A stretch of DNA of 64,000 bases from positions 95,777-159,776 of the forward strand of contig JAMCPI010000012.1 in NCBI GenBank assembly GCA_023379805.1, in the 5' to 3' direction. Numbering within the stretch: position 1 is the stretch's first letter; each line of letters begins with the position of its first letter. The notes beneath the pieces were generated by a model, which was not told the DNA's origin, ran no database searches, and worked only from the letters and a program-made list of their open reading frames with translations. Made by a program: the position numbers and the translations under genes. This stretch comes from Nitrososphaerota archaeon (GTDB lineage: Archaea; Thermoproteota; Nitrososphaeria; Nitrososphaerales; JACPRH01). Shown here one piece after another: positions 38,353 through 48,074 of this stretch.

Positions 38353-39942
38353 ATGAGCAGGAGATCAAAGGCGAGCCACAGGATTCCAGCAACTATGTCA
38401 ACTCAGCACCCTGACAATGCTGCTGTCCCCAAGTGGTGCAACGGAGATGTAATCGACGGTGAAAACGAGATTTACGAAGCGTACTTCGCCTACGAGACCC
38501 TCGGCTGCCAAGAGGTGATGTGGGATGCTGAGGGAAAGGACGTGGATACCCGAGTGGCGCGGAAGCTCCTGACAAAATACAGTGATTTCTTCAAGAAGCA
38601 CATAATGGGTGAAGATGTCTTCCTCACCTACCGCATACCAAACCCGCGGATTGAAGGTGTTGAACGAAAGATCGTGGTTGAAACACTCCAAAACATCCCG
38701 ATCTCCTACGATGTCGCATCCACCTTCTATCAGAAGAAAATCGCCCCAATATTCGAAGTTATCCTGCCGTTCACAACCGACGGACGAGAACTCCTCTGGC
38801 TCTACAACTACTACCGAAAAGCAATCTCCTCAACAGAAAAAATCGATCTAGACGGCTCAACCCGAGTCAGCGACTGGGTAGGCACCTTCAAACCTGAGCA
38901 GATACAGGTCATACCTCTAGTCGAAGACTTCAACAGCCTCCTAACGGTCGACAAAATCGTGGAGCCCTACCTCAAAACCGCCAAGCCGAAGCACCTCAGG
39001 GTCTTCATCGCACGCTCAGACCCCGCCTTAAACTACGGGCTAGTATGCGCGGTTATACTCTCCAAAATAGCTCTCTCAAAACTGAAGAAGCTGGAGGCGA
39101 AGATGCAAATACCTATCCACCCCATTATCGGAGTAGGAACCCTGCCTTTCCGAGGACACCTCTCTCCCCCGAATGTAGACCGCTTCCTAGATGAGCATCG
39201 CGGATTATCCACCGTCACGGTTCAATCAGCCATGCGTTACGATTATCCTCTCCACGAAGCGAAGCGAGCTGTAGATAGGCTCAACGAGCAACTACCAAAT
39301 GGAGACCCAACTCCAATCGAGCCTCACGATGAGAAGATACTCCTGCAGGTACTGCAAAAGTGTCAAATGGAGTACGAGGGGACAGTTGAAGCCCTCGCCC
39401 CGCTGGTGAACAGCATAGCATCGTACGTTCCGTCAAGACGTGCTAGGCGACTTCACATCGGGCTTTTCGGCTATAGTAGAAGCCTACGAGGCATCAGCCT
39501 CCCGCGAGCAATAACCTTCGCAGCGACCTTCTACTCGCTCGGGCTTCCCCCCGAGTTCATCGGCGGTAAAGCTCTAGCTAATCTAGACGACGAAGAGTGG
39601 GATGTTCTCCGTGAACACTACAGTAACCTGACCAATGATCTCCGCACAGTTGGTGGTCTGCTCTCATGGGAAAACATGAATATGCTGATGGAGATGCGTG
39701 AAGATGTCGCGAAGAGATCTAACATAAACATAGCGACTCTGAACAACGCAATCACACAGATCATGGGCGGCTTAGACGCCATCGAAGATCAGCTAGGAAT
39801 TAAACTCGGCTCACAAACTCCTACAGAGCGTAAGCATGAGAACTTCACCAACAACTTCCTCATCTCCTACATCGAGCAGGAGGACGATGAAGCAAGACGC
39901 TTCCTCCTCGAAGCAGCCAAGTTGAGGCGCTGCCTAGGTTAA
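38353..39942 (+). CDS. ppcA: Archaeal-type phosphoenolpyruvate carboxylase
   Basis: IPATMSTQHPDNA, MWDAEGK, FIARSDPALNYG, PFRGHL, LPRAITF. Confidence 0.96.
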   Translation: MSRRSKASHRIPATMSTQHPDNAAVPKWCNGDVIDGENEIYEAYFAYETLGCQEVMWDAEGKDVDTRVARKLLTKYSDFFKKHIMGEDVFLTYRIPNPRIEGVERKIVVETLQNIPISYDVASTFYQKKIAPIFEVILPFTTDGRELLWLYNYYRKAISSTEKIDLDGSTRVSDWVGTFKPEQIQVIPLVEDFNSLLTVDKIVEPYLKTAKPKHLRVFIARSDPALNYGLVCAVILSKIALSKLKKLEAKMQIPIHPIIGVGTLPFRGHLSPPNVDRFLDEHRGLSTVTVQSAMRYDYPLHEAKRAVDRLNEQLPNGDPTPIEPHDEKILLQVLQKCQMEYEGTVEALAPLVNSIASYVPSRRARRLHIGLFGYSRSLRGISLPRAITFAATFYSLGLPPEFIGGKALANLDDEEWDVLREHYSNLTNDLRTVGGLLSWENMNMLMEMREDVAKRSNINIATLNNAITQIMGGLDAIEDQLGIKLGSQTPTERKHENFTNNFLISYIEQEDDEARRFLLEAAKLRRCLG

Positions 39943-40006
39943 CACGAAGAAAACCAAGTTCCACCTTCCTGACAATAGGTTTATAGTTCATGACACTTCG
40001 GCTTGC

Positions 40007-40162
40007 ATGAGGCAAATGAAGGTCAAAGTGCTCATCAACGGCAAGCCTGTTGAGACTAACCCATATGTGGATCTGGTCTTTTCTAGAGTAATCGATGCGC
40101 TGGTCGGAACTCTACGTGGCGTCGAGGACTGGAAGACTGTACGACTAGAAGTCGAAAAATAA
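40007..40162 (+). CDS. 51-aa protein resembling the MobB C-terminal domain
   Basis: MRQMKVKVLINGKPVETNPYVDLVFSRVIDALVGTLRGVEDWKTVRLEVEK*, with TTTATAG about 27 nt upstream. Confidence 0.65.
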   Translation: MRQMKVKVLINGKPVETNPYVDLVFSRVIDALVGTLRGVEDWKTVRLEVEK

Positions 40163-40228
40163 AAAAGGACAAATTTTCTTTAACGAAGATACTGCACCTA
40201 TTTTTAAGAGACGGTTTTCTCCGATTCC

Positions 40229-40613
40229 ATGAATAGGATGAAGACCGTAAAGTACAACCGATTGACGCCCGAGGAAGAAGCAGTCATAGTTCACAAGGGA
40301 ACCGAACACCCATTCACAGGTAAATACGAGAACTTCTGGGGAAAAGGAACATACATATGCAAACGCTGCGAAGCGCCGCTGTACCGCTCCGAAAGCAAGT
40401 TTGAAGCCTACTGCGGCTGGCCAAGCTTCGACGAAGAAATACCTGAAGCAGTTAAACGAATACCGGATCCGGATGGCGTCCGCACTGAAATAGTCTGCGC
40501 CACCTGCGGCGCCCATCTAGGACATGTCTTCAAAGGTGAACAGTTAACCGAAAAGAACATTCGGCACCGTGAACTCGATATCGCTGAAGTTTATACCTGC
40601 GGAGAACCCCTGA
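40229..40613 (+). pseudogene. msrB: Methionine-R-sulfoxide reductase with a frameshift at the catalytic Cys codon
   Basis: GTEHPF, CKRC, CGWPSF, CATCGAHLGHVF are intact. After RH the expected VNSISLKFIPAENP* continues in a shifted frame (CAC-C-GTG). Confidence 0.8.
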
Positions 40614-40621
40614 TCAATCAA

Positions 40622-41107
40622 ATGACGGCTGAGCGGGCAATCTTCGCCGGCGGCTGCTTCTGGGGAGTAGAGTACTACTTCAAACGGGCTAAAGGCGTCT
40701 TGACAACTAGCGTAGGCTACACCGGGGGACACAAAGATAATCCGACATATAGAGAGGTTAGCTACGACGACACAGGTCACGCAGAGGCAGTCGAGGTAAT
40801 CTATGACCCTACTGTGACCAGCTACGAAGATATTGCGAAGATCTTCTTCGAAATCCACGATCCAACACAAGTTAACAGGCAGGGACCAGACATCGGTGAA
40901 CAGTACCGCTCTGAAATCTTCTACCTGAATGATGAGCAGAAGAAGGTCGCTGAAAAACTGATACAGAAGCTAAAGGCAAAAGGTTACCGGGTGACAACAA
41001 AGCTCACCAAAGCAGGCAGCTTCTGGAAGGCGGAAGACTACCATCAAAACTACTACCAGAAGACCAACGGCACCCCATACTGCCACCGCTACACCAAGAG
41101 ATTCTAA
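40622..41107 (+). CDS. msrA: Methionine-S-sulfoxide reductase
   Basis: FAGGCFWG, GYTGG, GHAEAV, HDPT, QYRS, AEDYHQNY; own ATG at 40622. Confidence 0.93.
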   Translation: MTAERAIFAGGCFWGVEYYFKRAKGVLTTSVGYTGGHKDNPTYREVSYDDTGHAEAVEVIYDPTVTSYEDIAKIFFEIHDPTQVNRQGPDIGEQYRSEIFYLNDEQKKVAEKLIQKLKAKGYRVTTKLTKAGSFWKAEDYHQNYYQKTNGTPYCHRYTKRF

Positions 41108-41128
41108 AAGGATAGAAAACCGGCCAAT

Positions 41129-41446
41129 TCAGACAGCACAAATGCGTTCTGCAACAACATCAAAAGAGGTAGTTAAAAACCGCCAAGATTGTTTTTTATG
41201 AGTATTATTCTCATCATAACTGCGATATAGTCGTATTTCCAGCCTATTTCCAGTAATTGTCGATGTGTTAGATATTGTTGAGTTTATGTGTTGTTTTTGA
41301 CTGATAAATTTTTCTGAACGACGACTTTGTTGTTGGGGAGTACACCAATGAATGTGCATCCAGAGAAGAGTGCGTGCTGTTTCCCATTCCTTCGGAAAGT
41401 TTGGGTTTATCTCATCATTCTTCTCTGCCAATTGTTTATCTACCAA
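41129..41446 (-). CDS. Hypothetical protein (AT-rich island)
   Basis: ORF only. Confidence 0.3.
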   Translation of the reverse strand: MVDKQLAEKNDEINPNFPKEWETARTLLWMHIHWCTPQQQSRRSEKFISQKQHINSTISNTSTITGNRLEIRLYRSYDENNTHKKQSWRFLTTSFDVVAERICAV

Positions 41447-41728
41447 AATTTCTATGTCGAAAATGGACTAACTTCAGAATTATTTAATTTGTCTATATAA
41501 ACCTTTATTGTCGCCACGATGCGCTTAATTATTCGCGCCCCCATTCAGCCAACGCACAGAAGTGGTAGACTGTACTGAGCCACGCGGTAAGTGATAAAAT
41601 AGAATTGAATTGTCATTTTTAACAGACTTTTTGGGTGACATTTTCAGGTTTTAGATCCTTGTCGATAAAAGATACTCCGTAGTTGGGCAAAAAGTAAGAA
41701 CATTAACCTTTTAAGGAAGCGATCTCCA

Positions 41729-42121
41729 ATGCATATAGCTTTGAAGCCTGATATTACTGAAAATTTAGATGGTTTTTCTGATAAATTTCTTGGAAAAACA
41801 CAGCTCACTACGAATGAGGATATTAACGGGGTGCAGCAGCCGGATGACTCAGGCAAGGCGATCACAGGCGCGCATAAAGGAGATAATGATGGTGATGGTG
41901 GTAGAGTCGCCATCGCTTATGTGTTTAAGTCTGATGAGGATGATTCCGAGCAAGGTAAAGACATTGGTTCAATGATGCGTGCAGTGAAGGAGATGCTCGA
42001 TGATGGTGACGGCGATGAGTTGGTGATGGAGTTTATTCTTGCGCGGTATCTTTTGCGGCACCAAAGCGGCGGCGGTAATACCCTTTCTCGTCCAGGAACT
42101 CTCTCAGAGCAGCAGCCATGA
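41729..42121 (+). CDS. Hypothetical acidic protein
   Basis: ORF only; its 3' end overlaps the convergent RHH gene. Confidence 0.4.
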   Translation: MHIALKPDITENLDGFSDKFLGKTQLTTNEDINGVQQPDDSGKAITGAHKGDNDGDGGRVAIAYVFKSDEDDSEQGKDIGSMMRAVKEMLDDGDGDELVMEFILARYLLRHQSGGGNTLSRPGTLSEQQP

Positions 42122-42242
42122 CGTCTGACTGTGAGTCTAGTCCAAGCTCTCTGGCCTCCTCAGTAGCTAGAAACCTCGTTACAGCCTCCTTCATCCCGGC
42201 TGGAATCCTTACAGTGGCTCCCTCGCCTTTAGTTTTGGGCAA
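42033..42242 (-). CDS. Ribbon-helix-helix (CopG-like) DNA-binding protein
   Basis: ATVRIP beta-strand, helix, and SQSDVMAAALREFL second helix; purine-rich SD upstream. Confidence 0.7.
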   Translation of the reverse strand: MPKTKGEGATVRIPAGMKEAVTRFLATEEARELGLDSQSDVMAAALREFLDEKGYYRRRFGAAKDTAQE

Positions 42243-42357
42243 CCTCTCTCCACACTCTCTACGGTTAAGCTGGTTAAAATACAGTTAACATGATTAATCA
42301 AAGTTTATTCTAGGTCATTTAGGAATCACCTAGAGATAACGTATATACCGGACTGTA

Positions 42358-42406
42358 GTACATGTGACACCACATGTACACAAATGACACCACAAGAAAT
42401 GGTGTC
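42358..42406. promoter_or_regulatory. Operator-like array: 9-bp inverted repeat plus three GACACCA boxes
   Basis: GTACATGTG-ACAC-CACATGTAC; TGACACCACA at 42365 and 42385; inverted TGGTGTC at 42400. Confidence 0.55.
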
Positions 42407-44707
42407 GTTAAAGCGCAGAAGATCGATGGCGGCCAACCCGCGTTTTTCGGAGCAGCGAAAGTAAGGCTCCGGCAGATGGGTCGACACTCGATCAAAACCG
42501 TAAAAAGAGTAGCACCCAAACTTGCAAGCACAGCAGTAATAACACTGCTAATCGCATCAATCTTCCCACTAACCCTGTTCACTGTGACTCCTTCTATACT
42601 GCCTAAGGCGGCGGCTACAGAGCCCAACATTATATTCCAGAACGGCTTCGAGGCGGGCACTAACACTACTAACTGGGATTGGAAATCTAATGTCCATTAT
42701 GGCACAATATCTAATGACAACAACATCTTCTTTGGAGGAATAAGGTCTTTCAAATTCGCTGCAACTGCGTACAACGGCGATGGCTTCGTCCATGGAAGCA
42801 ATAACTTCAGTAAGATAACGAATACGTTGTGGATGCAGATGTATGTGCGGATTGACCCATACCCAAGTGGATCAGATAAGATGGTCGAGATATTCGAGCT
42901 CAAGAACAGCACAGGTTCTATCGCGGCAGTACGGCTTTACAGCAGTAGTACTGGCGTAGAGAAGATCCAGCTAAAGAGATACATTCCATCGGTTCAGTAT
43001 GACTACTCAACAGATCTAAATCTCGCATCCAACAGATGGTACAGACTTGAGTTCAAGTTGTATCGTAACTCAACAGCCGGCCAATACCAAGTCTACCTCA
43101 ACGGATCACCTGTGATCAACATTACAAATGTCAACACAGCATCATCTGCTACTGTGCCTGCAAGCATGAATGTTGGAGCAACCATAGGATCTCACAGCAG
43201 CTCATCATGGACACTCTGGGCTGATGATGTATCAATCAGCAATACGACAAGAATTCCCTCTGTAAAGCCTCAAGATCCAATATTCCAAGACGGCTTCGAA
43301 TCTGGTAATGCCACAAAATGGGATTGGACTTCTAGCGGAAACGGAGGAACAATATCATACGATACCAGTGTCAAGTTTAACGGAACCTACTCCTTCAAAC
43401 TGGCAGCCACCCAGACCAACAGCTACGGCTACGCTCACGCCAGTAAAAACTTCACACAAATAGGGAATACAGTGACAGTACAGATGTGGGTACGGATCAG
43501 CTCGTTGCCTAGCGGATCAGGCAAAATGGTCGAGATATTAGAGCTCAAGAACAGCACAGGTCCGATTGCTGGAGTGCGGCTTTACAGTCCAGGCGCTGGC
43601 AGAGCGCAGATAGAACTCAAGCGGTATATTCCATCAGTTCAGTATGATCACTCAGCAGACTTGAACATTACATCTAACTCTTGGTTCAAGCTTGTATTCA
43701 AGTTGTATCGTAACTCAACAGCCGGCCAATACCACATATACATCAACGACTCACTCGTGATCAGTATCAAGAATTTGAATACAGATTCTTTAGCTACTGT
43801 GCCTGCAAGCATGAATGTTGGAGCAACCATAGGATCTCACAGCAGCTCATCATGGACACTCTGGGTTGACACTGTATCAGTTAGCCGCCGGGATCCATGG
43901 CTTTACGATAGACGTTATGTAGCTGGCTATATGACTGCAAATGGATGTCCTAGTAATACTTTTTGCACAGCTAGTGAAGCTAAAGCGGCCATAAGTTTCC
44001 CAAACACCTCGGCATCAGTAATTCCTTCTGGGGAATTCTTGGAAGGTTCAATCAACTTGAAGGCCTCTGACAACATACATGACGGCTTGGATTACTCAAT
44101 AAGAGCAACTCACAACCTATATCCAAATGGGACTCACGCAGTTGTTGGGGAAATGTGGGAAACATGTGACGGACTTAGTTGCAATACATTCTTTCCATAC
44201 AAAACATTGCTGTATAAATCCCTCCTAAAGCTAGATGGATTGTCCGCAGATCAAACCGTCTACGTTAGAATACGAGTAATAGGCGATGATCGTGTTCGCT
44301 GGTGGTACTCATACAATGGGACTTCTTGGACGGAGTACGGTATATACACTCCACCTACAACTTTCAACGAATATCTGCAAATAGGTACTAACCCGATCTA
44401 CTTCGGACCATATTTCACAGCCTACGGCTACCAGTTTGCTGCATCGAGTTCGAGCATGGTTCGCATACCTGGCTCATGGAGCGTAAAAATCGCACAGCCC
44501 TCGTATAATCGATCCCTTACTTGGACTGTAGTACCTACTGCAAAAATAATTCAAGGCACTCACTCTCTTTTCTCCGAAGACTGGAAATACGCCGCCTTTC
44601 CGTATAATGATGTTTGGGCGAATTACCCAACTGCGGATCAGTCAGTCACCTTCTACTATAGGCTAGGGTATTTTCTACCAGATCATGATACCCTATGGGG
44701 TGGATAG
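42374..44707 (+). CDS. Large secreted protein with two tandem ConA/lectin-like beta-sandwich repeats and a distinct C-terminal domain
   Basis: Hydrophobic signal segment (true start possibly ATG 42476) and two IFQxGFE...WTLWxD repeats at a 645-nt offset. Confidence 0.75.
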   Translation: MYTNDTTRNGVVKAQKIDGGQPAFFGAAKVRLRQMGRHSIKTVKRVAPKLASTAVITLLIASIFPLTLFTVTPSILPKAAATEPNIIFQNGFEAGTNTTNWDWKSNVHYGTISNDNNIFFGGIRSFKFAATAYNGDGFVHGSNNFSKITNTLWMQMYVRIDPYPSGSDKMVEIFELKNSTGSIAAVRLYSSSTGVEKIQLKRYIPSVQYDYSTDLNLASNRWYRLEFKLYRNSTAGQYQVYLNGSPVINITNVNTASSATVPASMNVGATIGSHSSSSWTLWADDVSISNTTRIPSVKPQDPIFQDGFESGNATKWDWTSSGNGGTISYDTSVKFNGTYSFKLAATQTNSYGYAHASKNFTQIGNTVTVQMWVRISSLPSGSGKMVEILELKNSTGPIAGVRLYSPGAGRAQIELKRYIPSVQYDHSADLNITSNSWFKLVFKLYRNSTAGQYHIYINDSLVISIKNLNTDSLATVPASMNVGATIGSHSSSSWTLWVDTVSVSRRDPWLYDRRYVAGYMTANGCPSNTFCTASEAKAAISFPNTSASVIPSGEFLEGSINLKASDNIHDGLDYSIRATHNLYPNGTHAVVGEMWETCDGLSCNTFFPYKTLLYKSLLKLDGLSADQTVYVRIRVIGDDRVRWWYSYNGTSWTEYGIYTPPTTFNEYLQIGTNPIYFGPYFTAYGYQFAASSSSMVRIPGSWSVKIAQPSYNRSLTWTVVPTAKIIQGTHSLFSEDWKYAAFPYNDVWANYPTADQSVTFYYRLGYFLPDHDTLWGG

Positions 44708-44725
44708 GCCACAAATAGAGGGATA

Positions 44726-44765
44726 TAGGCAAAGCGTGAAGGCTTTTGCCTACCCCTCTCTATTT
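44726..44765 (+). terminator. Hairpin terminator
   Basis: TAGGCAAAGC-GTGAAG-GCTTTTGCCTA followed by a pyrimidine tract. Confidence 0.55.
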
Positions 44766-44869
44766 TACCATAAATCGACGAGATAATAATTCGAAGGCGG
44801 TATTATTCGGCTGTGTAAACTTAAGGTACTTGGGAAAGAGATATTTGACTGTCAACGCTTCTATGGTAT

Positions 44870-45100
44870 ATGCCTGAACGAGGATGGTCTGTCCTAACTG
44901 TTAGAGAAGATACAGCCAAAAGGATCAAGGAGATGGCAAAGCTCAAGGGTTTAACTGTTGATGAGACGATTAACAAACTCATCAACCCTAAAGGAAAGGA
45001 AGGATGGTCTACATGCGAAGCCTGCAGTGCAAAGGTCAAGATACCAAACCTTCATGAACACATGAACAAGGTGCATCCAAAGTTGACTGTCAAAGCATAG
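44870..45100 (+). CDS. Small RHH-like protein with C-terminal C2H2 zinc finger
   Basis: VLTVREDTAKRIKEMAKLKGLTVDETI plus CEAC...HMNKVH. Confidence 0.7.
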   Translation: MPERGWSVLTVREDTAKRIKEMAKLKGLTVDETINKLINPKGKEGWSTCEACSAKVKIPNLHEHMNKVHPKLTVKA

Positions 45101-45567
45101 CCGTTAAACTCCCCTTAAGTTTACAGCACCTATTATTCATTAGTAGAGTTTATATCAACAGCTCCTCTCCATCATTGCTACTGCTTTGGCAATAGACGGG
45201 TGAAAACTGCCCAGTCAAACGTAGAGTCGTGCTTGCGTATAGTGACGACTGAATCGATAGGCGGTTCAAGTTCAGTAATCCATATTCTGTCCTGCGACTA
45301 GATCAAGTATCTATGGGAGGTCATAATCATTTTCCAATAGATAGCAGAAATTGGAGATCCTATGATTTCAGGTGTCTGGAGCATTAGGATATATCTGAGA
45401 ATTGTTGAAGAACCATCGCGACCCGCTTGAAGTCCTTATGTCATCAGGATAATTTAGACCGATCCTGAGAATCACCTAAGGTGGCTTCATCAACTTCGTA
45501 TGTGTTAGTAACCCTTTTGTTGCTGAACATCGCATAATATAATGTATTAGGGTGTGAATAGACGGTT

Positions 45568-46050
45568 ATGGATCTGAAGGTATTGGGAAGTGTCCTGTCT
45601 GGGACTGGTGTTCTGCTGATTATTGCCACGAATATGTATATTGGGCTATTATCATACTATTACCTTAATCGTTGCTTGGACGTCGTTTGTCAGCCCTTTC
45701 TGAACAATTACTTCCTTAACATCACTATCTCCACATTCGTTTTCACAGCTGGTTGCACAATGCTTTTCCGTGGTGTTTGGTTACTTCAAGGCCGGCCGAA
45801 GAGAATTATTTTGGCAGCAGAAATAATTCCGCTGCTGATCGCCGTGTGTCTGTTTTTCGGTTCGATTATCCTTGGAAATATAGCGTTCGCGGGGCTGGGC
45901 CCGAATGCGTCTCTTCGCCCGCAAGCAAATACAACTATATTTTATGCTAGTATGCTAGGAATCCTTGCTCTGATATCATTCATAGTCAGTGTGACTCTTA
46001 ATGTCGCGATTCTTTTCAAAAGAAGAGCATATCGTCTACACTCATTATAG
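45568..46050 (+). CDS. Four-TM membrane protein
   Basis: Four hydrophobic helices. Confidence 0.6.
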   Translation: MDLKVLGSVLSGTGVLLIIATNMYIGLLSYYYLNRCLDVVCQPFLNNYFLNITISTFVFTAGCTMLFRGVWLLQGRPKRIILAAEIIPLLIAVCLFFGSIILGNIAFAGLGPNASLRPQANTTIFYASMLGILALISFIVSVTLNVAILFKRRAYRLHSL

Positions 46051-46464
46051 GCTATAGGTAATTCTTCAATTCGATCACTGAACCTGCTCAGGAGTGAGCA
46101 TTACCGCCAGATACTATTTCCTGATCAATATCTTCTGACTCGGCAGCACACTTACGAACTGTCAATGATCCGAATCATCTCCAAAAACAACGGCTGGCTG
46201 ATGACTCCAGCCAAATAGGAGGAGAAGGTTATACTGTATAGAAAGTGATAGACTCCGCTGGGCTACCGCATTATAGGAATAAACCCAAATTACGCTTGAA
46301 CTATGACTAGAAAAAGAGTGAGAGGTGCTTTGTTTGCCGGCACCTATCGGCTGGAAGGAGTTTATACGTCAAAATAGTAAGATATAGTTGAGTTCGTACG
46401 GCAACGATTTTCACTTTTCCAAATAATATTCGATCCTCTCGCTCGATGACTCAGAGATGAAAGT

Positions 46465-47568
46465 ATGACCCTCCCTTCATCGGATAACCTTATCGGAAAA
46501 CAGCTTAGAGATTCCTATGGACGATACTCCGGGATCATCGTTGGAATTAACACGGATGAGTCTGGTAGTGTCTGCTCCATCGGTGTCGATGCTGGATGCA
46601 ACGGCTTCCAGACCATCGGTGTTGATCAAATCACCTTTGTAGACGATAACCCCGTCCTAGTATCAAACTGGAAGCTCAAGGCGGAAAGCCTCATCAAGAC
46701 CAGCGGCGCAGCCCAGAAGCGCATCCAAGCCCTCGAAGAGCTCCATAGAGAAGGCGAGATCAGCCAAACAGTCTACGAGCAGCTCATAAGCCGAAGCAAG
46801 GCTCAGTTCGACCTGTGCCTGAAAAACTGTGACGACGCAGTCGCTAGCCTTAACGAGAAAGCCACCGTTCTCCAGAATGAGCGAAACGTTATCTCAGCCT
46901 TCTTCGGTGTTCTAAAGCTTCAGCATCGGATACAGGAAATCGACGACTCCACATACAAATCAACCTCCGAGCATATTGAAAGCATTCTTCAACGTAACGA
47001 CAAAGAATCCAAGGACATCTCCGCAATACTAGACAGCCTAACGCTGCAGGAGCCGGAACCAGATGTGAGCGCGCCAGTAGCTGCTCCAACCCCTGATGAG
47101 ACTCCTGAGACAAACACCTGCGAACAGGCTGCAGAAGCAGTACCTTCTGCACCCGAGATGGTATCTGCCGCCACCTCCGATGCTACACCAACAACCGTCG
47201 AGGAGGTCGTCTCCGTCGATGCAGGCGCACAGGGCAGCGAAGTCGATGAAAACGTATATGTTGAGGACAATTCAACTTTAGGCTCTGAAATACCAATTGA
47301 GACCCCGGAGACGCTAGAAGCGCACACGGAGCCCGCGTCGAACGAGACCACAGACCTATCAGACCACATGCCGCTGGACGACTCAGTGCATGCGGAGGAA
47401 ACATCAGAAGCTTCTCAAACCGCATCTAGTGATATCGCTGACTCAGTGTCGTTTGAAACTACAGAGACGGCACCAGAATATGCCGCCGTGACCCCTGAAA
47501 AGGTCAACAAAACACCGAGCGATTCGGAGCAGTCAAGCGACGATAACACGGTCTGCCCAACCCAGTAA
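46465..47568 (+). CDS. cdvA: CdvA-like cell division protein with long acidic low-complexity tail
   Basis: IGKQLRDSYGR...G PRC-barrel start, coiled coil with RIQALEELHREGEISQTVY, and an E/D/T/S/A/P-rich tail. Confidence 0.8.
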   Translation: MTLPSSDNLIGKQLRDSYGRYSGIIVGINTDESGSVCSIGVDAGCNGFQTIGVDQITFVDDNPVLVSNWKLKAESLIKTSGAAQKRIQALEELHREGEISQTVYEQLISRSKAQFDLCLKNCDDAVASLNEKATVLQNERNVISAFFGVLKLQHRIQEIDDSTYKSTSEHIESILQRNDKESKDISAILDSLTLQEPEPDVSAPVAAPTPDETPETNTCEQAAEAVPSAPEMVSAATSDATPTTVEEVVSVDAGAQGSEVDENVYVEDNSTLGSEIPIETPETLEAHTEPASNETTDLSDHMPLDDSVHAEETSEASQTASSDIADSVSFETTETAPEYAAVTPEKVNKTPSDSEQSSDDNTVCPTQ

Positions 47569-47591
47569 TCCTACTGGGTTCTTCCCTTTTT
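47558..47591 (+). terminator. Hairpin plus T tract overlapping the cdvA stop
   Basis: AACCCAGTA-ATCC-TACTGGGTT then CTTCCCTTTTT. Confidence 0.7.
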
Positions 47592-48074
47592 GTTTTACCG
47601 GTTAGGCGCGTATAACAATGATGTCTCCCACATATTCTTCTCCGCTTCATCTGTTTAAGGAAGCTACAGATGTCTCTAAGCGTAGCAATCTTGAAATAAC
47701 AGAATCTTGACAGCGCTGATCAAGTGAACATAACATGTGCACAACATCACACAGCGAGAAAAAACATCTCAAAAAAGACGTAACGACAACAATCGTCTAT
47801 AGAGGGATGCCAACCAAACAGACTCCTGAATATGTGGTTGCAGAGTTCAGACGCGCATCGCATATAGCAAGCGCTCGAACAAGTTAGTCGGCTAGTTAGG
47901 AAACTAACTGTCTAACAACTACTTCTGTCAACCTAGTAAGAGATTGTTTGGCGTGTCCGAGTGAATTGGTGACTAGGGCGGTACCGTAATATTGTTGTTC
48001 TCCGCCCTCACCGTTACCCTCGGCTTCTGAGAAGAGAATTAACGAACACGTTTTCACGATTATTCTAACTTTAT

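Noticed and set aside
40229..41107. Natural bifunctional MsrB-MsrA as given by the ORF track
   Set aside because: The junction lacks the catalytic Cys, and the true MsrB C-terminus lies in another frame.
42629..43890. Diversity-generating retroelement TR/VR pair
   Set aside because: The differences are not adenine-specific, both repeats are in-frame domains, and no reverse transcriptase is in the window.
32806..46050. Integrative element inserted at tRNA-Cys
   Set aside because: No integrase and no duplicate of the tRNA 3' end was seen in the window.
47735..47887. 50-aa ORF MCTTSHSEKK... downstream of cdvA
   Set aside because: No motif, homology cue or clear initiation signal, so it cannot be supported.
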